A stretch of DNA of 64,000 nucleotides, from contig JANQEH010000058.1 in NCBI GenBank assembly GCA_028278455.1, positions 906-64,905 of the forward strand, given 5' to 3'. Position numbers and translations under genes: made by a program. The notes under the pieces are model-generated. The model worked only from the letters and a program-made list of their open reading frames with translations. It was not told where the DNA came from and did no database searches. Below, in pieces: positions 49,548-58,807 of this stretch (its first letter is position 1; every line of letters begins with the position of its first letter). This DNA comes from a bacterium. Its GTDB lineage: Bacteria > SM23-31.

Positions 49548-49598
49548 GGATTCTTATATCTTATTTTAATTATTAAGCCTGGATCGACAATGATAAGA

Positions 49599-49632
49599 TC
49601 CCCCTTCGATGGGGGAATTAATGAGGGATGTG
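49599..49632. repeat. REP-like palindrome (CCCCCTT family)
   Basis: TCCCCCTTCGATGGGGGAATTAATGAGGGATGTG. Confidence 0.55.
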
Positions 49633-49832
49633 AAGAAATGGATTTCTGAAGCAGTAACTGTATAGAGTATGAGCGATAGTAAAACCAACCTGGAATAAAT
49701 GCATCTGCAGATAATTACCAAATTGCATTAATCGTTTTTCCCCAATTCAACCAAATAATTCTTGTCAATTAGATTATTCTTTACTATTTTGCCTCTCCAA
49801 ACTTTGTCATCGAAACCAACCGGGGTAATAAT

Positions 49833-50672
49833 ATGATAAAGAGAATATTGATCCCTCTTGACAATTCGAAATACTGTGATTCCGCTATAGCGACCGGCTG
49901 CTATATGGCAAGATATTACGGCGCTGAATTGACGGCTATAACTGTACTTGATATACCGGGAATTGAAAATTCAGTAGGTCCTGTTCCCATGGGCGGCTCG
50001 GCGTATGCCAAGGAGCTGCGTGAGCACAAGAAAAAAGCGGCTCATGAAACTCTTGAAGAGGTACTTGCGAAGTTCAAGGAAAAATGCAAGACGGAAAATG
50101 TTCAACACAGAGTTTTGCAGGAATCAGGTGAGCCGGCGGAAGAGATCGTTAGCCATGCGATCCTCTACGATCTTGTCGTTATGGGATTAAAAACATTCTT
50201 TCATTTCGGAACAAGTGATGAACCGGGAGAGACGATCGATAAACTCCTTGAGCAAACCGTAACACCGGGAATAGCAGTGCCGGAGGACTTCCCGATTACC
50301 GGGAAAGAAATGAATGTATTAATCGCATTTGACGGAAGCCTTCCCGCGGCGAGAGCCCTCAGACAGTTCGGCAGAAGGTTGGATCCTGAGATATGCAATA
50401 TCAAGGTTATTAATGCCGGTGATGACCTTGAAAAATGTAAACATGTGCTTGAACGGGCGGAAAATTATCTTGTTGCTCATAACTTTAAGAAGATCGAGAA
50501 GATCTATACACCCGGAAAGATAATAAGCGTTATTGATGAGCAGCATCACGATTGGGCAGACCTGATAGTGGTGGGCCTGCATTCCAAGAAAGGATTTTTC
50601 GATAAGTTCATCGGAAGCCTTTGCAGGCATCTTATCCAGAGAGCTGATAAAGCGCTCTTCCTCGGAGCATAG
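49833..50672 (+). CDS. Tandem universal stress protein
   Basis: IKRILIPLD, DLVVMG, VLIAFDGS, DLIVVG...IGS. Confidence 0.88.
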   Translation: MIKRILIPLDNSKYCDSAIATGCYMARYYGAELTAITVLDIPGIENSVGPVPMGGSAYAKELREHKKKAAHETLEEVLAKFKEKCKTENVQHRVLQESGEPAEEIVSHAILYDLVVMGLKTFFHFGTSDEPGETIDKLLEQTVTPGIAVPEDFPITGKEMNVLIAFDGSLPAARALRQFGRRLDPEICNIKVINAGDDLEKCKHVLERAENYLVAHNFKKIEKIYTPGKIISVIDEQHHDWADLIVVGLHSKKGFFDKFIGSLCRHLIQRADKALFLGA

Positions 50673-50697
50673 ATCGAATATTAAATAGATTATTCTT

Positions 50698-50726
50698 AGT
50701 CCCGCTGTTATGCGGGACTTTATTTT
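50698..50726 (+). terminator. Intrinsic terminator
   Basis: AGTCCCGC-tgttat-GCGGGACT-TTATTTT. Confidence 0.7.
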
Positions 50727-50994
50727 GATCATTAGGCCGATTTTGTTTTAAAATCGTATTTTTTCGTCTGCCTTTATCTGCTCAGTTCAATAAGGTATAA
50801 AGTTTTAGATATGGATTTTCAGTTTGACATCCCTCTTTTGTTCTTCACTCGAAGAGCCATTCTCACCACAGGCGTGAGGGAGTAATAAAACTATTACCCA
50901 TTAAGGTTGGTGATTGAACCTAATCTGCGCCTCTGAGAGGAGTAATTAGAAAATAGACTCCGGCTTTGAAATGGGATTTAATGGGGGTGTATAT

Positions 50995-52293
50995 TTATTT
51001 CATAACGAGCATCTTCTTAGTATACGTGAAACTGCCCGCTGTTATCCTGTAAATATACACTCCGCTGGACACTTTTGAAGCATCCCATTTAACAGAATGA
51101 TAACCTGCAGGCAATTCAGATTCGACTATCTTCTCCACCTCCTGTCCCAGTATATTATAAACGGTTAATGTAACGTGTGTAGCAAAAGGCAGATGATAGT
51201 TGATCTTTGTCTCGGGATTGAAAGGATTAGGATAATTCTGCCCGAGATTGAAATTTAGAGGAGTCTGGGTTGAACTTATGACAGATGTAGTTACATCATT
51301 GTAGTATTTAATAATATTGCCATATCTTCCGACCGCCCAGCACAAATTTTTATCAAATGCAAAAATAGAATTTACGGTAGCAAGAGTTAAATACTGGCCA
51401 GATATCCCGGAATTATCCGTATAGCTAATATCATAACCCTGTACAAACCAGCCTGCCGTTCCCGATAGAGGGAACATAGAGTTGAAATTATCCATCTGAT
51501 TCCAGTTTATCCCGCCATCATAGGAAATTCCTGAGTAGTTATGGCCGTATGCCCACATAGTATCCTGGTCAATAAGTGTTGCGGTGAAGGCAGGTCCGGA
51601 GGTCTGCCCTATTTCCGACCAGGTTAAACCTCCATCAAATGTCCTGAATATGATTGTTGGATTGTCTTCAGAATCATATTTAGTTTCAAATAGCCAGCCA
51701 TTTTCATTATCGACAAATACAACGTCATTAAAATATGAAATCCCTGAAACGGAGCCCTCATAAATCTTGTTCCAGGAATTACCTGCATCCACTGTTTTAA
51801 AAAGAATCGGGATAAGATTGTATGAATCTCTTCCGGATATCCATCCTGTATCCGAATTCAGAAAATGTATTCCTAATAATTGGAGGCTGTCACCAAGATT
51901 ATCAACTGTCCAATTATTTCCACCGTCAGTAGTCAATAATAGTCGACTGCTTCCCGCATTATGTTCGTTAGGAAAAACATTTGTTAACCAACCATCTTCA
52001 CTATACTGCTTGCTGATAATGTAACCATGATCTTCGTCGGTAAACACTACTCGATATAATGCTGAATCTGTGGGAGTGTCCTGAATAGCCCAGGAAGCCC
52101 CACCATCAACTGTGTGTAAAACAATTCCCTCATCACCAACAACCCAGCCGGTTGTATAATTGATAAAAAAGATATCGGACAGATCAGCAGATACTCCACT
52201 GTTCAGTTCTGTCCATTGCCCATAAACTGGGATAATTGCGATGAAAAGAAGAATAAAAGTGTTGAAAACGAGTTGAAATAGTTTTTTTTTCAT
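50995..52293 (-). CDS. YCF48/BNR-repeat secreted protein with C-terminal sorting domain
   Basis: Repeated F....GW..G and T.DGG..W Asp-boxes; NYPNPFNP...KMLVMK. Confidence 0.88.
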   Translation of the reverse strand: MKKKLFQLVFNTFILLFIAIIPVYGQWTELNSGVSADLSDIFFINYTTGWVVGDEGIVLHTVDGGASWAIQDTPTDSALYRVVFTDEDHGYIISKQYSEDGWLTNVFPNEHNAGSSRLLLTTDGGNNWTVDNLGDSLQLLGIHFLNSDTGWISGRDSYNLIPILFKTVDAGNSWNKIYEGSVSGISYFNDVVFVDNENGWLFETKYDSEDNPTIIFRTFDGGLTWSEIGQTSGPAFTATLIDQDTMWAYGHNYSGISYDGGINWNQMDNFNSMFPLSGTAGWFVQGYDISYTDNSGISGQYLTLATVNSIFAFDKNLCWAVGRYGNIIKYYNDVTTSVISSTQTPLNFNLGQNYPNPFNPETKINYHLPFATHVTLTVYNILGQEVEKIVESELPAGYHSVKWDASKVSSGVYIYRITAGSFTYTKKMLVMK

Positions 52294-52416
52294 GACACCA
52301 ACCTGTAGTAGTTAGACCGATATTAACCGGCGCCTCATAATATTATACAAAATTTAAATAAGAATATTCCCTACGGAATCATCTTTGCTTTAAAAAGGGG
52401 GGATTCCGCCAGAGGC
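52291..52416. repeat. 126-bp direct repeat copy 1 (promoter + RBS + start codon)
   Basis: Near-identical to 57406-57531 (a handful of differences). Confidence 0.9.
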
Positions 52417-52472
52417 AGATCTTCTTTTAGCAGAAGCATCCACTCCGAGCAGAACAAAGAGAGGATGTATTT

Positions 52473-53342
52473 TTATTTCAAAACAAGCATCTTCTTTGTA
52501 TCCGTGAATCCACCCGCTGTTATCCTGTAAATATACACTCCGCTGGACACTTTTGAAGCATCCCATTTAACAGAATGATAACCTGCAGGCAATTCAGAAT
52601 CGACTATCTTCTCCACCTCCTGTCCCAGGATGTTATATACTATAAGCCTGACACGAGCCGCAAGCGGTAGATGGTAATTGATCTGCGTAACGGGATTGAA
52701 AGGATTAGGATAATTCTGCCCGAGATTGAAAAACCTCGGTATCCGGTCAGGTTCGGATACCGGATTAATAATCTCGTTCATATATACAAGAAAATCTTTC
52801 AGCGGATAGGGATTATCACTGCCAACATTTATAATATGACCATTTTCTCGTATTTCAAGCTCAGGCATATCGTATTGTCTATAGATAACATTATTCCCGG
52901 TTACAGGATCAAATTTCGTTCTGAATCTGCCCTGAGCAGAATAAACTATATAATAGTTCGTTACAACATTATTATCCATCCTGTTACTCAGGAATAGAAA
53001 TGCGTTTTCTCCGACATATAAATAAGGATAACCGACAGCGAAAGTCGTGATACCGTCTAAAGTTCCTCCCAGTACGGTTCTTTTTATTACCTGACCAGGT
53101 TTTAGATCTCCGTAATATACATCTGTTATTTCGATGTGCTCATCTGTAAATATATAATCCCTGTAATTATGATTTATATAACATCTCTTTGACACGACCT
53201 TTGTCTGTACTATATGATCACTGCTCTCAATGAGCTCTTCAAGTGTTTTCATTACGTAATAATGCTTAACCGAATGGTCGGCAGGCGGCTGCTGCAATAT
53301 CATTAATGACAACAAAGGTATTGATAAAAGTTTTAATAACAT
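52473..53342 (-). CDS. Secreted protein with C-terminal sorting domain; N-domain resembles 36240..36932
   Basis: LEELIESSDHIVQTKV...GG...GENAFLFL; NYPNPFNP...KMLVLK. Confidence 0.8.
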   Translation of the reverse strand: MLLKLLSIPLLSLMILQQPPADHSVKHYYVMKTLEELIESSDHIVQTKVVSKRCYINHNYRDYIFTDEHIEITDVYYGDLKPGQVIKRTVLGGTLDGITTFAVGYPYLYVGENAFLFLSNRMDNNVVTNYYIVYSAQGRFRTKFDPVTGNNVIYRQYDMPELEIRENGHIINVGSDNPYPLKDFLVYMNEIINPVSEPDRIPRFFNLGQNYPNPFNPVTQINYHLPLAARVRLIVYNILGQEVEKIVDSELPAGYHSVKWDASKVSSGVYIYRITAGGFTDTKKMLVLK

Positions 53343-53352
53343 ATTTCCCCCA

Positions 53353-56300
53353 CTATTTAATCAGAATCATTTTTCTGGTAATTGTTTTTCCACCGGACCT
53401 CATCCTGTAGAAGTACACACCTGTACTTACCCGAATTCCAGAACGGTCCTTCCCATCCCATAAGATTTTATACCTTCCGGCAGGAAAATTCTCGGATATT
53501 AATTTTCTTATTTCACTTCCGGTTATATTGAAAACAGAGAGTTCAACAAAACTATCATACTTCAACGAGAATTCGATAGTAGTACTGGGATTAAATGGAT
53601 TGGGATAATTCTGCATCAATCGAAATACTTCCGGATAGACTATATCTCTGTCGTAGTACCGGCTGTCATGAGATTGAGCTTTACCGAGGTTTAGAAAGGA
53701 AAGATGATCGGTTATTATTGTAATAGTGTTGCTAAGTGTATCCAATATACCCGGTTCTGTTCTCCACTTATTCTCAGAAAAATCATATGAGTTTATTGCC
53801 AGGTCTCTTTCACGGATAGATTTCGCCGCCAGCATTTCATCTGTATAAACAAGTGAAACTTCAACTTGATATTTTACAGAGGGCACAGTGAACTTAAAGT
53901 AATACAAAGTGGTATCTGTTTCAGGTATATTGGGGGATTCCGATAAATCGTTGAATCTTGTAACAGAAACAGGTCTGCCTGAGACATTACCGTTAAAAAA
54001 CTTTAATGATATGGATGAACAGGAATCATATTCGAATGTAGATATAGAATTGTTGTCGGTTATAACCGCCGGTACGGTTTCTCCCTGTTCTCCGTAATAT
54101 AATGTTTCCTGATCTTTCTTTTCATAAATTCTTATTCCTCTAGTCTGGATTTGCAGTTCCGGGACCAGAGGATTGCTTACGCTGACATAATACCTTCCGA
54201 ACTGAGATGGTCTTTCCGGATTAAGGAAAAAACCGGATGAAGTAAAACCGGGTATCAATTTTCCGTCTTTATACCACCGGTATTCATTCTGAGAGCCTCC
54301 AATCTCACTATTTAAATTTATGGATTCTCCCCTGGATATCCTGAGTATCTTTTCTCTGCCGTAATTTTTCTGGGGTTGATAGATGAATATACCGGGAACA
54401 GTATTTATTATTGACTCTAAATCTGCAAAATCGAGTATATTTCTTTCAACATTCACTAAAATTAGGTTTGTCAATTGTGAAAGATCGGGAAGGTCAGTAA
54501 AATTATTATTTGATAGATCCAGTGATTTCAGGTTTTGAAAATTTGCGAAATCATCCGGTATCTTACCAGTCATTTTATTATTGGAAAGATCCATATATTC
54601 CATGCTATGCAGGTTACAAATGCTCTCAGGGAGCGCTCCGGTTAGTCTGTTATTATTAAGTCTAAGGCTGGTTAAATTGCGCAGATCACCGATCTCTTCC
54701 GGGATGAAACCTGATATACCGGTATTGTATAGATAGAATCTCTCAAGACTATAGAGCTTTCCAATCTCAACTGGAATACTTCCGGCCAGATCATTACCGT
54801 ATAAGGATAATACTTCCAGTTCCGAAAGCCTGCCTAACTCAAAAGGGATTTCTCCTTCAAAATGATTATTATAAAGATATAACTTGTGTAATCCCCATAA
54901 ATCGCCAAGTTCCGGGGGTATATTACCATTCAAGCCATTATCTCCGAGGGATACTTCCCTGACACGCCTGTTATAGGTTCTTACACCATACCAGTTATTC
55001 AAAGGTTCTTTGCTAAGCCAGTTTGTGTTATTCTTCCAGTTATCCCCACCGGTTGCGTTATATAGCTTAATAAGAGTTAAAGAATCCTGCTGGAGTTCTA
55101 TATTCGGCGGAATTGAATCAGTAGATATTTTTACAGTCCTGCTGTAAAGAGTCAAACGGTGTACCAGGGGATTTGTTACCTGCAAACAATAGCTCCCTGT
55201 ATCTGCGATCGTAAAGGCAGGAATTATGTATGTGTCTGAATTTATATCTTCAAAAGGTTGTCCGGATTTGAACCATTGATAAGCATTTGCTGATCCCCCA
55301 ACCGGTATCGAAATCTCATAATATTCTCCATATGATAATGTAGTATCGATAAATGATCCTATGCTATCCTGTATAAAATAAGACCATCTGATAACTGATG
55401 TATTGGGTTCCAGATCCTCGAAAGTCAATTTATTATTATTGCAATATAATCGAAGTCTGCTCAGAGAACTCAGGTCAGGCAGATCTTCTATCAGATTGTC
55501 ATCGATATTAAGGCTCCGTAGATTTTGAAGATTCTTAAAGCTGTTTGGGATAGATCCTGATAATTGATTATTTTCAAGATTTAAATCAATCAGATGTGTA
55601 CAGTTCCCAAGGTTCTGAGGGATATGACCCGTCAGAAGATTATCTGAGAGATTTATTCTTTTTAATTTCGATAGATTACCTGTTCCTGATGGAATCGGGC
55701 CAGTTATCCTGTTTTTTTGTAATTCCAGATATAATAGATTTTCTAAATTACCAATTTCTTCGGAAATGGGTCCTTCGATACTATTCCTGAAGAGAAAGAG
55801 TTCCTGTAATTTTGTCAGATTTCCTATCTCCGCAGGGATAGGGCCTGTCAGCCGGTTATAATCGAGCCTGAGTGACGTAAGTTCAGTCAGATTTCCAATT
55901 TCAGGTGGAATTGAACCAGAAATCCGACAGGCTTGGATTTTCAAATCTTCCATTTTTGTGCAGTTTCCTATTTCTTTTGGAAGCGGGCCGTTTATATTAT
56001 TCCTGCTTAAATTAAGGTGAGCAAGTTCAGTTAAATTTCCCAAAGCAGGTATTAGCCATCCCCCAAGGTTATTACTGCTCAGACTAAGTTTTTTTACTCT
56101 GCCATCCTTTACCGAAATTCCGAACCACTCGGAAACCGGTTTTTCGCTCAGCCAGTTAGTATTGTCATACCAGTTATCACCGTTTGTGCTGTGATATAGG
56201 GCAACAAGAGCGAGCGAGTCGTGCTTCAAATCACTATACTGAATAAAGGTGTCGGATCGTACTATAACAGCTCTGCTGTGAAGAGTTAATTCGGGTACAG

Positions 56301-57408
56301 TTGAATTAGTTATTTTCAATGTGTAATAACCTGCATCTGATGGTGAAAACGAATCGATAGAATAAGCATCCGAGTCTGCACCCGGTATCTCGACACCCCA
56401 TTTATACCATTGATATGTATTAGCCGTACCTCCTGACGGAAATGATATATGATAGCTGTCCCCATAGGTCAAGGTAGTGTCGAGAAATGTTCCAATGCTG
56501 TCCTGGTTTGAATACTTGAAGTCATAAACACTCATATTCGGTTCCAGGTCCTCGAATGTCAATTTGTTATTCTCAACGAATAAGTCGTGCAGATTTGTCA
56601 GCATACTGAGATCGGGGAGACCATCGATATTGTTATTCGATAGTCTTAGATAGCGAAGATTTTTCAGGCTTTGAAACTCGACCGGGACACTACCGGAGAA
56701 ATAGTTGTTTTCGATTACAAAAAAAGACAGATTCTGAATATTCCCGATCGATGCCGGCAGCTCACCGGAAAAACTGTTATTACTTATATTGATTTGATAT
56801 AACTGATTCAACCTTCCTATCTCGTCAGGTATACTCCCGGAAAGATTATTGTCATTAATATTAAAGACTTCCAGATTTACCAGATGGAAAAATTCATTTG
56901 GTAAAGATCCGCTAAGTTTATTATTTTCTAACCGGATACTTCTCAAATTAACCAGATTACCGAATTCAGACGGTATAGAACCTGAAAGATGATTATTATC
57001 TAACGACATTTTTGTAAGAGAAATAAGGTTTCCAAATTCGGGAGGGATAATACCGGATAATCTGTTTCTGTCGAGGATTAACCTGCTAAGCCTGGTCAGA
57101 TTTCCGATCTCAGAAGGGATCGGCCCATCAAGATTATTATTATATAATTCAATTTCTGTAATCCTCCCCTCATTTACCGTTACACCGAACCACTCATTAA
57201 GGGATTTCCCGCTCATCCAATTAGTGTTTCTTTTCCAGTTTTCGCCATTAGTACTGTTGAAGAGAGCGACGAGTGCGAGGGAATCTTGTGAAATGCTGCC
57301 TGTTGCGAATGTCTTCCGGAGTGATTGCTGGCTGAATGACAGTGACGCAGAGACCAGGATAATTAAAATAATGCTTATTAGCCTGATAAAAAAATAGGTA
57401 ATTCTCAT
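53353..57408 (-). CDS. Large LRR protein: three (N-cap + plant-type LRR + Ig) modules and C-terminal sorting domain
   Basis: Three 'DSL.L..L...T.G.NW..NTNW' caps; L.L..N.L.G.IP.EIG.L repeats; Y.W.K.G Ig strands; NYPNPFNP. Confidence 0.9.
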   Translation of the reverse strand: MRITYFFIRLISIILIILVSASLSFSQQSLRKTFATGSISQDSLALVALFNSTNGENWKRNTNWMSGKSLNEWFGVTVNEGRITEIELYNNNLDGPIPSEIGNLTRLSRLILDRNRLSGIIPPEFGNLISLTKMSLDNNHLSGSIPSEFGNLVNLRSIRLENNKLSGSLPNEFFHLVNLEVFNINDNNLSGSIPDEIGRLNQLYQINISNNSFSGELPASIGNIQNLSFFVIENNYFSGSVPVEFQSLKNLRYLRLSNNNIDGLPDLSMLTNLHDLFVENNKLTFEDLEPNMSVYDFKYSNQDSIGTFLDTTLTYGDSYHISFPSGGTANTYQWYKWGVEIPGADSDAYSIDSFSPSDAGYYTLKITNSTVPELTLHSRAVIVRSDTFIQYSDLKHDSLALVALYHSTNGDNWYDNTNWLSEKPVSEWFGISVKDGRVKKLSLSSNNLGGWLIPALGNLTELAHLNLSRNNINGPLPKEIGNCTKMEDLKIQACRISGSIPPEIGNLTELTSLRLDYNRLTGPIPAEIGNLTKLQELFLFRNSIEGPISEEIGNLENLLYLELQKNRITGPIPSGTGNLSKLKRINLSDNLLTGHIPQNLGNCTHLIDLNLENNQLSGSIPNSFKNLQNLRSLNIDDNLIEDLPDLSSLSRLRLYCNNNKLTFEDLEPNTSVIRWSYFIQDSIGSFIDTTLSYGEYYEISIPVGGSANAYQWFKSGQPFEDINSDTYIIPAFTIADTGSYCLQVTNPLVHRLTLYSRTVKISTDSIPPNIELQQDSLTLIKLYNATGGDNWKNNTNWLSKEPLNNWYGVRTYNRRVREVSLGDNGLNGNIPPELGDLWGLHKLYLYNNHFEGEIPFELGRLSELEVLSLYGNDLAGSIPVEIGKLYSLERFYLYNTGISGFIPEEIGDLRNLTSLRLNNNRLTGALPESICNLHSMEYMDLSNNKMTGKIPDDFANFQNLKSLDLSNNNFTDLPDLSQLTNLILVNVERNILDFADLESIINTVPGIFIYQPQKNYGREKILRISRGESINLNSEIGGSQNEYRWYKDGKLIPGFTSSGFFLNPERPSQFGRYYVSVSNPLVPELQIQTRGIRIYEKKDQETLYYGEQGETVPAVITDNNSISTFEYDSCSSISLKFFNGNVSGRPVSVTRFNDLSESPNIPETDTTLYYFKFTVPSVKYQVEVSLVYTDEMLAAKSIRERDLAINSYDFSENKWRTEPGILDTLSNTITIITDHLSFLNLGKAQSHDSRYYDRDIVYPEVFRLMQNYPNPFNPSTTIEFSLKYDSFVELSVFNITGSEIRKLISENFPAGRYKILWDGKDRSGIRVSTGVYFYRMRSGGKTITRKMILIK

Positions 57409-57531
57409 GACACCAACCTGTAGTAGTTAGACCGATAATAACCGGCGCCTCATAATAATATACAAAATGTAAATAAGAATATTCCCTAATGGAATCATCT
57501 TTGCTTAAAAAGGGGGGATTCCGCCAGAGGC
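57406..57531. repeat. 126-bp direct repeat copy 2
   Basis: Near-identical to 52291-52416. Confidence 0.9.
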
Positions 57532-57595
57532 GGGTCTCTGCCACTGACGGAACAAGGGGATTATTAGCAATTTCGTTTTAATCTTAAGTTAACAG

Positions 57596-57626
57596 AAAAA
57601 CTCCCCGGATTGTTCCTCCGGGGAGT
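57596..57626 (-). terminator. Intrinsic terminator
   Basis: ACTCCCCGGA-n-TCCGGGGAGT with U-tract on the minus strand. Confidence 0.8.
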
Positions 57627-57691
57627 CAGGTTTTCGGTATCACCATCCATCCGGCCTCCTGCTTCTCAGCATGAGGTAAAGGAAACCTGCA

Positions 57692-58303
57692 CTACTGTTT
57701 ATCAATGCCAACATTCATGAAATTGGAGATGTCCTCTCCCGCGGCAAACTTATCAAGAATATCCATTATTTTGTCGCGTGTCTGCAGGACTATCTCCGGC
57801 AGGTCTCCGGCTATTCCCTCGACATCAGAATACGCCTGGTTAATTATCTCTTTTGCCCGCTCAACAAATGCCTGTTTATCTTCACCTTCTTCATACCGGG
57901 AAAAGTAAATGTTCAGAATTCTCCGGGCTGTATTCTCAACGTTGAAATACTCTGGTATCTCGCCTCGGCTTACCTGTTCTGCGGCTTCAGGATTCTCTAT
58001 GAAAAATGCCCCCAGGGAATCCTTGACCTGCGCCATCACCTCCTTGTGGATAAGGTCTTTGAGCTTAGCTACATCGCTCACTCCGATTTCTTCTTTGTTT
58101 GATATCTGCTGAATCTGCTCCTGATTGGAGAGTCTGCCCTTTACGTCATAGAATGAATATTCAGCATTTATTTCCGTATGCTCAAATGAGACAGCTATAG
58201 AATGCTCAGGAGTTTCAAAGGTCAGCTCTGCGCTGAATCTCCTGACATCGACGGTACTGCCGTATAATGATTGATTCCGGTAACCGACACTTGTTACTTC
58301 CAT
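57692..58303 (-). CDS. Hypothetical protein, DUF5610-like
   Basis: EYFNVENTARRI...I.QAY.DV...G.LP....QT motif; GGAGG RBS. Confidence 0.6.
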   Translation of the reverse strand: MEVTSVGYRNQSLYGSTVDVRRFSAELTFETPEHSIAVSFEHTEINAEYSFYDVKGRLSNQEQIQQISNKEEIGVSDVAKLKDLIHKEVMAQVKDSLGAFFIENPEAAEQVSRGEIPEYFNVENTARRILNIYFSRYEEGEDKQAFVERAKEIINQAYSDVEGIAGDLPEIVLQTRDKIMDILDKFAAGEDISNFMNVGIDKQ

Positions 58304-58462
58304 GTTATCCTCCCTGAAGACTATTTCCTTATGATAATTCAGGTGTTTTTCAAAGATGCTAAATGTTGGGAAGTATTCTGAGATGTTTGATTGAAGTTCG
58401 TTTTCCCGTTAGATGCAGAATATCATCCCTGGCCGCTGTTTAAGAGTTTCCTCTTAATATCT

Positions 58463-58490
58463 GTATCGTCAATCCGGAAAATAAAGTTTA
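58463..58490 (-). promoter_or_regulatory. Putative sigma28 (FliA) promoter
   Basis: TAAACTTT-N12-GACGATAC. Confidence 0.5.
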
Positions 58491-58807
58491 AAATTCAGGA
58501 GATTTTTTTTAGATTTGATGTGGTTAGTTCCTGCCGCGATGCCTCCGGCAAGCAGTCGATACGCGAATACCGCCGTATTACCGTGACAGGTAAATTCAGT
58601 ATAATAGAAAATGATGTTCAAAGTTTTACAATATATAAAAATCCAAAAAAAAAATCTTGAATCAGGAATATAATTATGAATTAATTGTAAAAAAATATAG
58701 GGATTAATTCGTTTTGCCCGTATAACTATATAGCATCGTATATGAAAACTATCTCTCCACAGGGATTGTACTTGATATATTTTGGAAGAATAACATCCGG
58801 GGATAAC

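Noticed and set aside
52282-52290. A9 tract after the start codon as a phase-variation switch
   Set aside because: Encodes an ordinary KKK signal-peptide n-region in an AT-rich genome; frame is intact
51035-52731. Diversity-generating retroelement TR/VR pair
   Set aside because: Both copies are coding CTDs, differences are not evidently adenine-specific, and there is no reverse transcriptase
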